From Octopus vulgaris (taxonomy: Eukaryota): a stretch of 64,000 bases of DNA. Location: positions 42,036,001 through 42,100,000 of the forward strand of contig OX597819.1 in the NCBI GenBank assembly GCA_951406725.2, written 5' to 3'. Of the stretch, positions 63,424-64,000 are shown piece by piece. The translations under genes were made by a program, and so were the position numbers. The notes under the pieces were generated by a model. The model worked only from the letters and a program-made list of their open reading frames with translations. It was not told the origin of the DNA and searched no databases. Position 1 is the first letter of the stretch. Each line of letters starts with the position of its first letter.

Positions 63424-63700
63424 GGTACTACTTAAGAAGAGTAGTGCCGGTGCGCGCACTCGCGCTAGCTAGTCGTTTCTACAACGACTACCTAGCAAAG
63501 TAAATAAAACACAAAATAAATATTTTTTTTACACAAAATAATTTTTTAAAAACAAAATAAAACACAAAAACACAAAGTAAATAATTTTTCTAAACAAAGT
63601 AAACAAAATGCAAAAACACAAAGTAAGGACCGACGAGTCACGACTTGCTAGCGCGGATGCGCGACTACGCTTACCGGGACCACTCTTTTTAAGAAGTACC
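63424..63700. mobile_element. MITE with GGTACT TIRs and a perfect 9-bp TSD
   Basis: ~55-bp imperfect TIRs. AAGTAAAAG occurs at 63415-63423 and 63701-63709. Confidence 0.9.
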
Positions 63701-64000
63701 AAGTAAAAGAACATGTTCTCTAGTAGGAACGATCTATGTGTGCGCCTTCTTAGATTTTTGTGTCTTTTCCGTTTGCGTTGTGAGAAAATTGCTGCTCCCA
63801 TTTAAGAGAGTCGAAGTTGTGAATTTATTGTTTGTACCAACTGCTTTGAACAGTGCCCGTTGTGAAACGGTGATTTTCGCCCTACGGGGCAGAAAATTTT
63901 GTATTATTTGAAATTTGCTACCTTTGAGGTGATGGAGTTCGACTTAACGTCGAAGGACGATTTTCCCGTGATGGGAAAAGGTGAAACCATGGAAAACCCA

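Overview
AT-rich, microsatellite-dense eukaryotic DNA. The repeat content (tRNA-derived SINEs, RTE and CR1 LINEs, (TA)n and (CAT)n tracts) suggests a cephalopod, probably Octopus; this is inference. Three host genes lie on the minus strand: exon 1 of a DNAJB12/14 co-chaperone (12914-13046), a 3-exon gamma-glutamylcyclotransferase GGCT (32003-26818) and two exons of a C19orf12/Nazo-like gene (58509-54353). The rest is nested mobile DNA: a near-complete RTE LINE, CR1 and mariner remnants, an IS630-Tc1 element with a probable intron, a probable solo LTR, a Penelope-like remnant and several MITE families. The most notable unannotated signal is a set of type I hammerhead ribozyme motifs. These comprise an intact inverted pair in a 303-bp palindrome upstream of DNAJB12, one at the 3' end of the Penelope remnant, several in small units between (TA)n runs, and a tRNA-headed SINE-like element carrying a Penelope-type minimal hammerhead. 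All calls were made by eye; no searches or folding were run.
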